From: Schmidtea polychroa
Lineage: Eukaryota
DNA length: 64,000 nt
Reading direction: 5' to 3'
Assembly (NCBI GenBank): GCA_044892525.1
Contig: CM097885.1
Location: 45,882,001-45,946,000 of the forward strand
Shown piece after piece: positions 36,461-54,077 of this stretch; within the stretch, counting starts at the first letter, position 1; every line of letters starts with the position of its first letter. The notes beneath the pieces are model-generated. The model had not been told where the DNA came from, searched no databases, and saw nothing but the letters and a program-made list of their open reading frames with translations. The translations under genes were made by a program, and so were the position numbers.

Positions 36461-37072
36461 AGTTGTTAACAATTTAATCGCCAATGAATGACAAACCGCT
36501 TGGGACAAATGAACAAAAACGAACGAACGACGCGGTTGTTGAAAGGTATTAAAAATTCAAAGAGTCCTCCCGCTATGTAGTGTTTTAAGACCCATTAGAG
36601 TTTCCAGGAGTTCAGAATCTCAGTTCCATGGATAAATATCATCGCAAACTAGGAGTGAAGTTAATGTCGAAATTGAAAGACACATGCAAACATGATAAAT
36701 ATCTTAATCTGAAATTTGTCGCTAGAACAATTCGTAATCTATAAATCTTGACATGCTTCTTCATTTTGACTTGCTAATAATGAAATAAAACTAAAAACTA
36801 ATGTGCGCGCAACATTTTTTAAATATGTAATTTTGAAACTGTGAAATTCGTATACCAAATGATAAAACTCATCCAGTCCTCCCACAAGCAAATAGAAAAT
36901 TTTAAAAAATATTTTTTGTCATAAACGTTTTATATGTATATATATATATTTCGAGAAATACATCACATATTATGTTATGATTACGCAATGGTTGAGTCAT
37001 AACGTATTACATTATAATTTACCTTTGACATCATATTTGACCTTTGTCCTTATGACCATTCACTGTCTAGTT

Positions 37073-37338
37073 CAGTGTTTCCCGACCTTCATTATACCAT
37101 GCCCCACCGTAGCATTTTCAAAAATCACATTCCCCACCGGCCCCTTTGAATTTTTTGTCAAACTTCGATAATCAGTATTGCCAGTGTGTAAAAATAACGG
37201 TCGACGAAATTGCTGTATGCATGTTGTTATATTTAGTCGTGAATAAGCATATTATATTAAGAATATATAAGTGGAATAGTTGATAATTGCTGTTATGTCC
37301 CATCTTTGATGCGTGATGTCCCACCGTGGGAAACAGTG
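37073..37338. mobile_element. hAT MITE
   Basis: CAGTGTTTCCC ... GGGAAACAGTG; 8-bp TSD GTCTAGTT. Confidence 0.82.
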
Positions 37339-38780
37339 GTCTAGTTGCTATTTAATATCCATAGACTATATAAATATACGTACTAATCACACACGCAAAA
37401 AACAGATAGTGACCATACACATTTACTAGTTACTATCTACATACAAAACTCAGAGCCGATCACAGAAATTTCGGAGCCCGGGATTGAAAATTATAAAAAA
37501 CATGAGATTCAAAATTAAACATAAAACTACTGTAATTTTATAAAACTTATAAACAAAAGGCCTGGCCCCGGGAATTGGTATGTCTCTCACCGTTTCTGAT
37601 CGGTCCTGCTCCCACCTTTACTGAAACCCTCACTTCAGCACATCCTCACGGCTACACTAGCACTTCGACTCACTCATTCACATACAAACTCTATAGAAAG
37701 ATCATGCGCCAAACATTACATAATCAGCATATTATATAATAATTACGTAATATATAGAGTTTGCATCTGACAGGAATATAAATACTACTTAAAAATGAAT
37801 TTGGGAATTTACAAGGAAACCGGGCCAAATAGAATTTAAAAAATAAGAAAAAATTCCCGGGCAAAGTTCTGGATTATAAATGGATATCTAAGTTAATTAT
37901 TTACCATGTTTAAACTGTAAAAGAAAAATAAAATCATCAGATGATAATTTATATTAAATGTTTCGAATAAATTTTGTAAATTCCATTTCCGATTCAGTTA
38001 ACTAAAATAAAAAATAATATATTTATTAAAAACGGTAATCGAATAAAAGGACTTTAACCTTTAGTCAGAAAATCATTGGCCTCGTTGGTTATAGTTGTTA
38101 CTGCACTATCAATTGTTGCTTTATTTTGTACAATAAGTGGTCTGAGAATATGTTTATAAAATATCAATGATCCATTCCAGGAGTTTGGGATCATGCAGAA
38201 AATCAAGAAAGCACACTATTTAAATGAAAAATCGTATTAATTGTGATATCATTATTTATCATTCCACACCCTTTTATATTTTTAGTTTTATTACTTGATT
38301 TTTAATATTTAATACGATTTGTCAATTAATTCTATTATATTTATATATATATTATATATACTCACCGCGTTATATGGAGGCCAATAAATACAAAAAACAA
38401 GATAAATTATAAAATATTTTTATTCAATTGAATTGAAGAGTTCATATAAGGATTGATAAAAAAATGAAACAAGAACTAAACTAAAAGATTGTTTCTCGAT
38501 AAAAACAATGAAGACTTTTGTAAAATTATGTAATCTTTCAACACTCATCCTCGCTGGCAGATATGAGTCGCCTAACTCGTCTTCTTTTAATGGGCAATAT
38601 GTATTCATCACTTAGTTCATCTTCACATTGGTTTTCGATCGTAGCTTTTTTTTCTAACTCCACTAAAATCTCTCAATAGGGAGATAAGAAATTTCTTAAC
38701 TCTCTTTAAAAGTTTGCGTTGCGCACCGTTGAATGATCAGTTTGAATGAAATGAAGTTCTAATTATTTAGCCAAATTTAG

Positions 38781-39026
38781 CTATTTTTTTACATCTTGTA
38801 AATCGAAATTTGGCACCCATTCGTTTTCCTTATCTTCGTTTACCAATGCATTTGAGGTGGATGCATCAATTAATTCTATCAGTTCGTCCTCATCTAAAGT
38901 TTTTTCCCCATGTACTAGTTCTCTTACATCCTGATGGTTTACTGCAAATTCTTCATCGCTTAAACGAGAAGCAATGTTTACTATTTCTGTAACTGGGAGT
39001 GAAATTGTAGAATCATCTTGTATCAT
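38781..39026 (-). pseudogene. Probable acidic C-terminal relic of a pogo/Tigger transposase
   Basis: DVRELV...TLDEDELIEL pattern; no catalytic motifs seen. Confidence 0.35.
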
Positions 39027-39318
39027 TACTTTTACTGTTTTGTTCTTGTTAAATTATAAAGAAGGATATATTAGAAAAAAGTAAAAGAAAGTATTAGAAA
39101 GTTACTACTATCGTTTTTTTAATTTTGGGAACTACCCTCATCTTGTGCTTGACATCTAGATTGGGCTGTTGGCACAAATTTAGGGTCATCCGTGATAATT
39201 AGAAATAACTATTCAGGGCGGTTTGAAATAACCGATTTCTTTCCTTTAGTAAGCAACACAATTATTCTACAATACATTCTTATTGGTACCTATTATAATT
39301 TTTGAACAAGCCTTTTAA

Positions 39319-39614
39319 CCACTTGCGCTATGATTTAATTTTCGGTAGCTGAGCCGCGCTCTACTATATAAAGTATCGTAAGGCATCGACGCCTCACCGC
39401 GTCAGCGAGCTCAGAGGTTTGACAAGTGCTTAGCGCGAGGGTAGGGTCTTACATAAAAGATTTACACGAATATAAATAATTATTCACAACAACAACGTTG
39501 CAAACACGTCGTTTTTGTTTTTGCGACAAATACTATCGACGTAGTATACACGTCACTTGCAATTCTGAAAAAAATTATCAAGACGTGCCTGGCACGTCAA
39601 TATAGCGCAAGTGG
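39319..39614. mobile_element. piggyBac-type MITE
   Basis: TIR CCACTTGCGCTAT; TTAA on both sides. Confidence 0.88.
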
Positions 39615-39771
39615 TTAAAGAATATCGACAAATATTTTTAATGTTGAAATAAAATCGAGATCTGCTAAAAGTTAGATAGTTCAGTTAAATAGATTAAAAT
39701 CTTCAATTTCACATTGAAGCTGGTGGAAAATAAATAATTCATTTTTGTTTTTAATAAACTTTAAACTTGTA

Positions 39772-40747
39772 TAAAGTGACCAGACGTCCCAGATTTGAGT
39801 TATTTGTCCTTCACTGAAAACTGTCTAAATCTAAACAAGAAAGTAGAGGAAAAAATTAAGGTGTTTTTTGCTTCTTGTTCCTTCTGTTTCCTCTTTTTTC
39901 ACATAAAATATATAGTTGTATAATAGAATATTGTACATTGTAAGTTCTTCTGGGTTAAATAATAAGTATAGTCTTTAAATATGTAAATATGCGATAAAAA
40001 TTCAATATTACGATATATTAAACAAGTGTTTCCCAAACTATTTCTGTTCGCGGAACCCTAAAATGCCATTTCTTCTTTGACGGAACCCCAAAAATTAAAA
40101 AGCTCAAAATTTGTAGATTAGGAATACATTTATTTTAAAATTTAAGGCTAAATCTTTACTAATTGACGCCAATCTTTCGTGATTTTTAGATGAATTTAAC
40201 AGAAATTAATAACGTACGTTACAATTTATATGACTAAATTTGACGAATGAACTAAATATTTGAATTACATTCGAAAATTTCTGTTGCAGAAATTTTAAAT
40301 ATGGCAATATCTACTGTCAGAGCTTATTATCCCGTGGAACCGTTGAGTTTTCTCATGGAACGCTGGGGTTCCGTGGGAACCCATTTAGGAATCACTGTAT
40401 TAAACGATAAGAACATGAATACTTATAAAAAACTTTTTATATAGTTAACTTTACACACTCTTCTAGTGAAGAAATAAAATTAGAGTTCTTGTCATAGTAT
40501 TCCATAATGTGCACATTATTAGATTGTGTAATCATGCAGAGGTCTAGTAGCAAAAAATGTTTGACGTTTGACTAATAATTGCTGCTTTTTATTTTCCAAT
40601 ATTTTAAAGATCGAAATTTGTGTGTTTATGCTCCTAAAAGCATTTATTTTTAATATTAATTAAGTTATTATAAATTCTAAATGAATGAAAAATGTAAAAA
40701 AAATTGAACATGTCACGCATTCTAATGAAATATATCTGGTCACTTTA
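39772..40747. mobile_element. hAT MITE with a second hAT MITE nested inside
   Basis: TIR TAAAGTGACCAGA; TSD AACTTGTA / AACTTATA. Confidence 0.75.
40024..40397. mobile_element. Nested hAT MITE
   Basis: aagtgtttcccaaa ... tttaggaatcactg; 8-bp TSD TATTAAAC. Confidence 0.8.
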
Positions 40748-41310
40748 AACTTATAGCGAAGGGCATATATATCATTTAGCAATTATTTTATTGTGAGTTG
40801 AGGCTGCTACCAGGAAATGATGGGATTTTTATGATTTTTTTATTAATATCTCATTAAAAATATAGCGGAATTGCTGGTTCCTATTTGGAAGGGTTAAATA
40901 AAGATAATGCATTTCATTGAATGTTAGTTTAAATGTTATAAGTGAAAATACAATCAATCATGTGATAATATATTTGATAAAATCATGTTATTTTCAATAT
41001 TAAAATTAAAGGTCTATAGTTAATATAATGCATAAAGTCAAGGGGAACCAAAGATGTATATGTATCAAATATCGAGGAAATGTTTTCAGTAAATAGAGAG
41101 TTTGAAGATCACAGATACCCAAACGAGAATGCTTCGAAAGAAGAGGAGATAATTGGAGCGATATATTAGATATATGGCCAAACTCCCAATTATGAATTAT
41201 TATAGTAGACGTAGTATATGAGAGTAGAGAGAGAGAGAGAGAGAGAGAGAGTTAACAGACGAGGATATGGTGTGCACAGCAAATAAGGTAGACATATTTT
41301 CGAAGAAGGA

Positions 41311-43830
41311 TTGGGAATCGTTAAAGGTAAAGGAAATGCGACTGATGAAAGTAAAGAAATTGTGGCAATAGATGAACAGAAACAGAATATAATAAGATAT
41401 GACAGAATGCAGGGTCGACCAAGTGTAACAATCGAGATCAATGGAGAACTCATGGAATGTTTATTGGATACCGGAGCCACGATAAATGTTATGAGCTGAA
41501 AAAATCTTTAGAGATTACAAGAGATCAAGCTAACAAGGACAACAAGGACACTTCGATGTGCAAACGATGGAAGATTAGAAATAAAGGGAAGTGCAGAAAT
41601 GAGAGTCAACTTGAATGCTATAGAGAGAGAGATTAAGTTCACAATAGTAAAACAACTAACACCAGATGTTATCGGAGGCATTGAGATACAACGGAAATTT
41701 GACATTGATTTACAGTTTAATATTATTCAGGACGAAATAAAGACGAACAATCGAGTTGGGAACATAGAAACCCAATTTGGGAGAGTCATCACAGAAGGAA
41801 AACGGTTTCAAAAGCCCCGAGATACAAAGAAGATAAAAGACCCGAATATTATAGAATTAATAAGAAAGAATCGGAATGTTTTATGGCAGATAAATGGTAT
41901 ATAGGATGTACAAAGTTATTGAAACATAAACTTGATACACAGGGAGAACCTATAAATATTAGGCCGTGGAGGCAACCGATCAATTTAGAAGGAAAGATTG
42001 ATGAGTCAATTAATAATCTGTGGGAGAATAGAGGAAGCTGGATTGAGAATTAATCCGGAGAAATACCACATTTTAAAGAAGGAGGTTAAGTTCCTGGGGT
42101 ACATTATCAATGAAAATGGCATTCAGACAGACCCAGCAAAAACAGAGTCAATACGATTGTTCCAAAGACCAAAATGTATCAAGAGTTTGAGAAGCTTTCT
42201 AGGGATATGTAATTATTACAGGATATTTATCGAAAGATACTCAGAAAAATCGAGAGCAGGAAAGAGGAACTTTGTGGGAAGAATAAAGAAAAGAACTAGT
42301 ATGGATAGATAACAGCGATAAAGCGTTTAACGAGATGAAGAGTGCGTTGACGTCAACACCAGTGTTGGGTTTCCCCAATGTCAATAAAGAGTTTATTTTA
42401 GATACAGACGCCAGTTTTGATACAATCGGTGCTGTATTATCACAAATAGACGACGAGGGACATGGGCGGGTTATAGCTTATGGATCGCACGCAATGAACA
42501 ACCACGAAAAAGGATATTGTAAAACGAGAAAGGAGTTATTAGCAATTTACTATTTTAACCAACACTTTAATAACTATCATTACGGGAGAAGATTTGCATT
42601 ACACACAGACCATAAAGCAATCACATTCATGTTGAAGACAAAGAAGCCGATCTCAGCACAATTCCAGACTTGGATCAACTTTCTTAGTAGATTTGATATA
42701 AAAATAGAATACAGAGAAGGGGGAAAATACGCTAGCGAGATATGCTATCAAGGAAAACATGTGGAACATGCACATAATGTTTATTAATACACAAAGACCC
42801 AAAGGAGGGCAAGCTAAAGACCAGAAAGATTAATGCGATAGATAACAACGAGAAGATCGAATGGCAAGAAAATAGTACAGAGATAAGACAAATAAAAGAA
42901 GAGATTATCCGAGACGCTTCATGGAAGTTTATTCTAGAAAACGGTATAGTGAAGACAAAGCAAAGGAAATATGGATCCCTGAAGATAGATGCTAGTTTAC
43001 TTTCTAATGTGGGAGTCGAAAAAACGATTTCGTATATGGGAAACAACTACGATATGAAAAATATGGAATTAATAGTAAAAGAAATAATTAAGGAATGCGA
43101 GCAGTGTCAAAGAGTAAAGTTAGTGACATCAACTACAAAAGAGGAAATAATAAAATTATCAGCAAGTGAGCCATTTGAGAAGATATACATAGATATATGT
43201 TGGCCTATGCATGAAACGGTTAGGAGAAATATATCGTTGCCATAATTGATCAATTTAGTAGATATATCGTACTACGATCGGTAACAAGACAAGATGAAGA
43301 GACAATAAAAGAATCTATCATGAGAGATTGTATATTAAGATTTTGAGCACCAATGGGAATCCATGTAGATTGTAGGAAGGTATTCGAATCGAGAGCAATA
43401 TCAGAAATGACAATGTCGATGAGAATAGAATTTTGCTTTTCAAGTCCATATCATCATAATACGAACAGTATCATAGAGGCAATTCAGAACAATAAGGGAC
43501 TACATAAATACGTCACTAAAGGAGAGAAAAATATATATTGCCAGAAAAAGAATTTACACTGAATGAAACAATGCAACAGAAGTCGATCGGGAAGAGTCCA
43601 GCAGAGATAATATTTGAACGTAAAATATTTAGAGAACGCTGGCACTCAAGGCATGGATCGCAAATCAGAAAGTCGAATCTAAAAGAAGGAACACCTGAAC
43701 AGATACTAACAAAAAGGACTTTCAATCCAAGAGAAAAAGTGCTAATCAAGATAGAATCAAAAATGAAAGAAAGAGATAGATATGAAGGCCCATACGAGAT
43801 TATTCAAAAAATACACGGCAGGCATATAGT
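41311..43830 (+). mobile_element. Ty3/Gypsy pol relic (protease, mostly deleted RT, RNase H, integrase)
   Basis: LLDTGATIN, VKFLGYII, LRSFLGICNYYR, FILDTDAS, ELLAI, TDHKAI, CEQCQ, SSPYHH. The RT core is missing near 42020; no LTRs recognised. Confidence 0.92.
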
Positions 43831-46719
43831 GTTATATAGTGTTACCGAGCTATATGCACTTTGAGGTTTCTACATATGTTCTACTTTTGATCAACGTATT
43901 TAATAGGCTCTAATAGAACTTTTCATGTTTCCTTTTTGATGACAATAAGCATTGCTTTTGTAGAGATGTACAATACTCTTGCTTAGAAACGATAAACAAC
44001 CTCTATTCAACAGAACAATTTCTATATACTAATTCAATATTTTGTCCGTTGACATCAATGAAGAAACAAACATTGCTTACTGTTTCTTAGGTTTAGGACA
44101 AAATTGTATTGGCTAAAAGGTAGTGGACATAAATGTATTGAGAAAATAGTAGCGCAAAAAATGGTATGGGCAATATTTAAATTTTATTTTATTTAATTTA
44201 CTTACTATTTTATCAGTAGTTTAAATTTTATTTTGAGTAAGAACTGATTTTGAAAACAAAAAATCTTTTGATAGATTTACGTCAATTGTACTCTTACTTT
44301 GAAAATAGGATAAAATGGAATCGATAATAAAACTTTCTCTAAAAATGACTCCAGTAAAATTAAATAACTATATAATGTCCAGTAAGTCATCCATTTAATA
44401 TCTTCAGTTTTGCTTCTAATTTCAATTTCATTGAGTCTGAACTGTGAATAATTATCACTAGTTACAAAATAAATAAACGAACGATGCATATGCAGGATAA
44501 ATAAATCCGATTAAATTCACAATTGTAATAGCATATGGCCCAAAAAGAACGTACAAAATCACCACGAGGCATAAACCTAATTAGAATTCATTTGTATTAC
44601 TTGGAAATTAGAAAACTAGATTTTGATTCTAACCTACACATATTTTCGACCTAGGAACTCCGGTCACTTTTTCGAAATATCCAAGAATATTCGTGAACAT
44701 ATTTTTCGCGTGTAATTTGGAATCAATTGATTTGTAGTTTATTTTAAATCTATCCATTGAATTGAAATTTATTTCAGCTGAATTTTTAATTGTTCAAAAA
44801 GACTAATTTATAACTTAACAATTTTCAACTAAATTCATGTGATGAAATTAAACAAATAAATTAACAAAGTAAAATTTTAAAGTTTAATATTTTAAATCCT
44901 CAAATATGCTAATTCCATTAATAAAATTTAAATAAAATTAATGAAATTAAATATTTGTAATATTTTATAATAATAATGTGACATTAAATAATAATAATAA
45001 TAAGTAGGACATTATTGCCCCCTGTGAAGTTCATATATCTGGTGCCCCTAAAACCCGAATTAAAATCAACCTACTATAATAATTATAATATTCATGTTGA
45101 GATTGTTAACTATTTATTCATCTCCAGCTATTATAATAGGTAGTGATGCTCTTAAAATTCTGTTGCTAATTGAAAAAATGACAGGAGCACATTTTGTGGA
45201 CTAACATTTTTCAAAATACACACCTACGAAGGTACGCTAATGGACCAGTCCAATCAGCAATGTTAAAGATAGACTAGTTGGTGTGTCGTTTTTTTCGTGT
45301 AGGCTATTTGATAATTTCTTTTATTTATATTTTGTTAATTTTTTGTAACATAAAAAAAATGTTACATTCCAATTTTGCGCCCCTTTCAGATGTGCGCTCT
45401 GTACGACTGCACCGCTGGCACCACCCTTGTTACGGCCCTGATAATGAGTATGCAGTGACTGAATGTGAGCAAACAGGTGAGCTTCGTTGCCAAGATTCCT
45501 CTCTGTTTGACACCCATCTGGAAATCTGGACTGCCGATAGAAGGTCTTACGTCAAAGAAGATTGATTACTGAAAATTATAAGTCGTCTCGTGACCCAGGA
45601 AACGTCGGAATGTAGATGTATGACGGAATGATCTATGACGTTTGGAGAGACAATACAAATTATCTTCTTCATCCAGTAGGAGCTGATCAAGATTAAATAG
45701 GACATCATTGTTCATATCTACGGCGAATGAGATGTCGTTTAGGTCGAACTCGAGATCAATTTTCTGGCATCATTGCCAGTTCTTTATGTGTTTTCGACCG
45801 CCGCTTTCCGTAGGCGCTTGTCTTGAATTCTTAACGCTCGACACTGATCTTTCCGCTTCACAATAAAAATCGGAGCTGATGAAGAAGTGGCCACGGCATA
45901 TATATTGATAAATGACGTAGTAGAAGACAAGATGGAAAATGTTGTGAAGATGATCACTGGAAGAGGATAGTAGAAGTTTGACATCGGACGAAAGGATCCC
46001 TGGATCAGGTTAGCTTGATGTTGGCTAGATAATGGACCAGAATCTCATTTCTCACGTTGCGCAAGCGGATTGACTCATTTTTATTGGAACTAGAGTAGAA
46101 AGACCGGAACGATGAATTGGTGGACGTCATGATATCTATAGAGGTCAAAGATATAAAATAAAACAACAATATAAATAAAACAACAAAACAAAAAGGTAAA
46201 ATGTTAATTAAAAATAACAAGAATAAGAATAAGAATTTGTCATCGATATGAATTGACCTAACCCAGCTATGCTGATGACGCTGATGTTTCAAATTCTATT
46301 AACCTTTTTGCCCTTACTTTGACCGCTATCGATGGCGATCCTTCAGAGATCGAACTTAATAAATATCATGACCCCCGGATATGTGGCAATACTGACGTTA
46401 TTCGTGGGACAATCAAAGTTTCCTAGACAATTTGTATGATCTTTAATAATAGTAAAGCCCTAAAAACCAATATTAACCATGATCCTTGAACAGGGGTCGG
46501 CAACCTTTTAGATATGGTGTGCCAATCCACTCTGCCAATTAATCAACGGTAAATATCTGTCACATTAAATAATACACTTCTTTATGAAAATAATTTGATC
46601 CTAACATTATTTTTTAAATATATTTAATTGAAAAACAAACAATATAAAAACCCCATCGACAACTCCAACGCGTGTCATAGATTGTCAAACCTTACTCTAG
46701 AAGTATCAATCGTAATAAG

Positions 46720-48770
<2,051 letters not shown>

Positions 48771-49964
48771 ATAATACAAATATTATTGATAATAATGATA
48801 TTCGGAACAACAGCCATAAGGATAATATTGACTCACAATCTTGTCAATTGAAAATCGATATCTATTGAGCCATTATAAGATTTCATTTATTATCAATAAA
48901 TTATACAATTATTTGAAAAATTTAGTAAAAGACCACCGAGATATTTAATTATAGGGATTATATCTGAACGTTGATATACAATACTTTACTCCCAGATTTT
49001 TTTGTTTTTCAAAAATATTGTTTATAAACTTTTATTATTTCGATGTAACAGTTGAAATCATCAACATTTTTATTTGGACTATCAACGTCATGTTTATATT
49101 TTAATTCCAAATCGCCGGTTATCATCGGTATTCGTCAAAAGGTCCGTCTTTAGAATTGTGGTGGCCAGCGCAACATTATTCATGGGGACCCTATATCGTA
49201 AAAAAGGTCAGAAAAATATTCGATTCTTTAAATTATTATTAAATACACACATTTATAAAAAATTAAAAATTCAATTTCTGTACGTCAGTACTGTTAGGTT
49301 CGAGGCGGTATTCGATCTAACACAAAAAAGCTTGACTCCACAGTTGTTTAATAGGTTGCGCGTATAATATCTGGTTATTAAATTAATAAATAATAATAGG
49401 ATTTTTACAAGAATTTATTCAAACTAATTAAAAGTTCAGAAAATCGGTTATTCAAACCGCCCTGAAGATTATTAATTTATTATTATTAATGCTGGCCCTA
49501 AATACGCCAACAGCCCGATATAGGTGCTAAGGACAAAGACGAGGGTGAATCTCGTAAATTTACGCTATAGTCTAAATCCCAGAAATGAATAAGATTTCAT
49601 TTTCCAAACGAAGCGAAAACTAACTAATATCTTTATCCGCAAATAATTTAGAAAATTTAGATAGCGAGAACCAGAAAAATGGTTATGATCTATTGCAACT
49701 CGAATTTTGCCAAGAAAAATTCCAAATAGATTGTTTTAGAGAGTTGACAATTTTGTTTTTCGATCAATATGTATTACTCAGTTCCACTTAAATTAGAATA
49801 ACTGATTATAATTATGTGTTTTGTGAAAATCGAAATCGATCAACTATATTTGGATTCAATCTGACGTTCTTCTTATCTAATTAAGATTTATAGTGAGCCT
49901 TAGTCAAATTTCACAATTTGAGTTCTCGTTAAATTTTATCTAATTAAGGGTCGTCCTCCAACTA

Positions 49965-49967
<3 letters not shown>

Positions 49968-50054
<87 letters not shown>
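49968..50054. repeat. (AT)n microsatellite
   Basis: Seen directly. Confidence 0.98.
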
Positions 50055-50059
<5 letters not shown>

Positions 50060-50222
50060 TACTATTATTATTTATAATCTAAATATAGTAAATTTTTTAT
50101 TGCTATTTTTATTTTAACTCTAACTAAAGTAATTATTTTTCTATTTTAAGTAATTATTAAATAAATAGTTAACATACATGGCAATGATTTAATTATAAGA
50201 TAACGCCAATCAAACATTCTTT

Positions 50223-50263
50223 TCACGATTAATTTCGACAGTTTTCCTGTCATCATCAGGTGA
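50223..50263 (-). ncRNA. Minimal type I hammerhead ribozyme (Penelope/retrozyme type)
   Basis: Minus strand: TCAC-CTGATGA-T-GACAG-gaaaa-CTGTC-GAAA-TTAA-TC-GTGA (stem I, core, stem II, GAAA, palindromic stem III, AUC site). Confidence 0.75.
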
Positions 50264-53144
50264 GATATAATAAACAAATTTATTAATTATATATAAAAAA
50301 ATTTTTATTTTATAAAAAAAATATATTATTTATTTTAAGATTTTAACATTTAAAATTTAATTTAATAATTTAAAAATTTTTTTATTAATTATTTAATTTA
50401 ATACAACAATCAATACATACAATATAAAAAACCTATTTAAAAATTTATTTAAAAACACTCAAAACACAAGTATTAACTGCATTCTGCACAGATACTCCTC
50501 ATAAAATTTGAGTAAGGATCTGCCTGTATTTCCAATTCCAACCTATGTCCTACTAAAACGAACCCGTCCTATAATATCTATATTTAAACAAAGCTCCAAA
50601 CGTCCAAAATGACTCTATATTTCCCCTCGACCCTATCCTTAACTATATCCTATAAAACGATGTTCCAAATTGGTCAACCGACTGCTGGCTATCAGTCTTT
50701 TGGCCAATAGTTCACAGTCGTATCCCAATCTGGAGAGCATCCAAAATGTAAAAATCATGAAAAAACCAAATCCAACCATTAATATTTATTCAAAGCTTTT
50801 GAAACAAAATAAACAAAACACCTAAATTAACTAAAACTAAATTCAATTTAAAATTTTATCAATTCATGAAAGTACATTATACTTAATATAAAATTATGTT
50901 TTACATAACATTACCAAAATAAAATGCAACTTACTGCGATTGCATAAACCGAAAACTGAGAGCGCCTAGCAATGTCTGGTAAATAATGTTGAATTCAGAG
51001 TAAACTAGTTTTTTTGAATGAATTTCCAATCAGTATTTATAGTGATTTTGACTGCGCATTCATGCATTCTCTTCTACTAAATCCAATTAGAATGCGATAA
51101 ATTTTGAATTTTTTTTGCATACATGCATGAGTGTGTGCAATTATTTATTTTTTAATTTAACTGATTTAATTAATTAATTATTTAATTTTTTATTAATTTT
51201 AATAATTTAATTTTATAAATTTTATAATTTTAATAATTTGGGTTAATTTTATTTTAGTTTTTATTGATTTAAACAATTTGATTCTATAAATTTCATAAGC
51301 CACGTAATTCCAACTATTTAATTCTATAAACTTTACAATTTACACAATGTTAACTAATTTTATTATTTCAATGATTTAATTTTATAAATTTTATAGTTTA
51401 AATAATTTTCAACTAATTCTATTTTACATTTTATTATTTTTCCATCGAAATTTTTAGTTTCAATTTTTTTTTAATTTGTTTATCTCTTTATTTTATTATA
51501 CGGGTCTCATTGATTCTTAATGTGTTATGTAATTTATTTTATTTTATATTTAACCTTGATCATAAATTGTTTCAACTTTGTGTGGTTCCTGCGCTAGGCA
51601 CCTTCGATTCATTAAAACAAACTCTCAATTCTCGGTTTTAGCCCAACAGTATGTTGAATTCAAATCGACACCAATATTGTATTGTGACTTTGGTATGATG
51701 ACGTCATCCGTGACTTTTTAATCGTCATCTCTGGCTACAAACGATTTGGACTGTTCAAAATATGTTCTATACGTTTGCTATTACACATGAATATAATACT
51801 ATGAAATGGTTTTGGCGGGAGAGTTGTTGAAATTTTATATGTACCAGGAGAGGCCGGAATAGTAAATTTGGCACGAATTCGATAAGTCTTGTCAGTGAAG
51901 AATTCACGGAATGCGTTAGCTAGAAAAAATGTATCAGGTTGGTCGGAAAAGAATATATGGCGGTGCGGTGTAAAATAAAATTTAGGGCTTTCCAGAGCGA
52001 GTAGGAAGAAGTGTATAATTGTTGATGTGGTGTGACACTTCGAGAAACAGTGTGTTTTTGTTTACTCTGTGTTTACGCGGTTCTGTTGGTGGTGGCCCTT
52101 TTGATAGGGGTCGGTTTTGATAAGGGTTATTATATCAGAGGCCCTTTTGTCGGGGGTCTTTATGTCGGGGGCTCTTTTGACGGGTCACCGGTTTTCATCA
52201 TATTTACCCTCATATTCGTTGCAGAAGTTAGCAAATGTCATTGAAGAACCAATAACACTGCATGATACTTTTGCTAAGTTGAAAGAAGTAGTAATTTAAA
52301 ATTATATTGACATTTTGTAAAATATCAAACTCACAAGTCTAAACTCAGTTTCTATAGCGTGATTGAAAATCAACACAGTCAGGAATCACGAAACATGTGT
52401 TTGGAATTATTTGAAAAATATTTATGCACAGCATACCAAAGTTCATAAAAGCGATTGAAGGAACGGCAACAATGGATGAATAGAACAACTTGTAATCTTA
52501 GCCGACAGAATTCATACGGTTTCAACAGGACCAATCGAGAAGATATGTATGGCCTAGCAACTAACGTTTGGGAATTGATTATAGAAATATATACTTTATG
52601 TTGGCAACTCCGACACAAGAATAAGTGGCAACTTAACTAGAAAGGTATATACATGACACAACGATATTTCCGTATTCGATTTGGAAAAAATGCTCAGAAA
52701 CGCCTACCGGGTTTCTACTTTCAGTTTCTGCACCAGTTTTTCATGCATTATTTCTGTCTTTCCTGTGACGTAGCTTAGTGTAGCACGATCATCCGGTGTA
52801 CCCCACCCCCAAAAAATTGCTGCAGTAAGCTAATTTTTGGTAACCAAGTAACGTTATGTAATTTTTCTGACTACAGTGAGAGGGTCTCGATGGGTCCTGG
52901 GATTTTCAATACAAAATCAATGACCATGTAAAATTTTGGTTAAATAGCTAAATTTTTAAATTAAGTAGAATAAGGTCTATATTTTAAAATTAAAGTTATC
53001 AAGAATCTAAAATTTTCAATTAAATAAATTAAGGATAAATAGATAAATTAAGTTCTATATTTTTAAATTAACACTAGATTTACGGGTAAAAATAGCCGTA
53101 AAATATGTATACCTAATTCAATATGTAAAATGAGGGAGTCGGTA

Positions 53145-53893
<749 letters not shown>

Positions 53894-54077
53894 CTCAACA
53901 GGTTGCAAGGGTACTAGTCATGTTTATTATTATTATTATACAATATGATGTTACTTAGACATTTGAAGGTTCAACCATGGTTACAATTTCTACATTTTGA
54001 AAACTCTAATTTGATTGGCTATCTCAATCGTTATAAATGTAAAAACAAAAGTAATTTAGTTATTAAGAAATTTACTG

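Noticed and set aside
39125..39240. Inverted similarity with ~49440-49560 as TIRs of a 10-kb element
   Set aside because: The copies are diverged, with no TSD or coherent internal content; more likely two dispersed repeat copies.
52090..52192. GGG..CTTTTGTC-type short tandem repeats resembling a DNA transposon subterminal region, and the overlapping 70-aa ORF
   Set aside because: No matching opposite end or TSD found; the ORF is repeat-derived.
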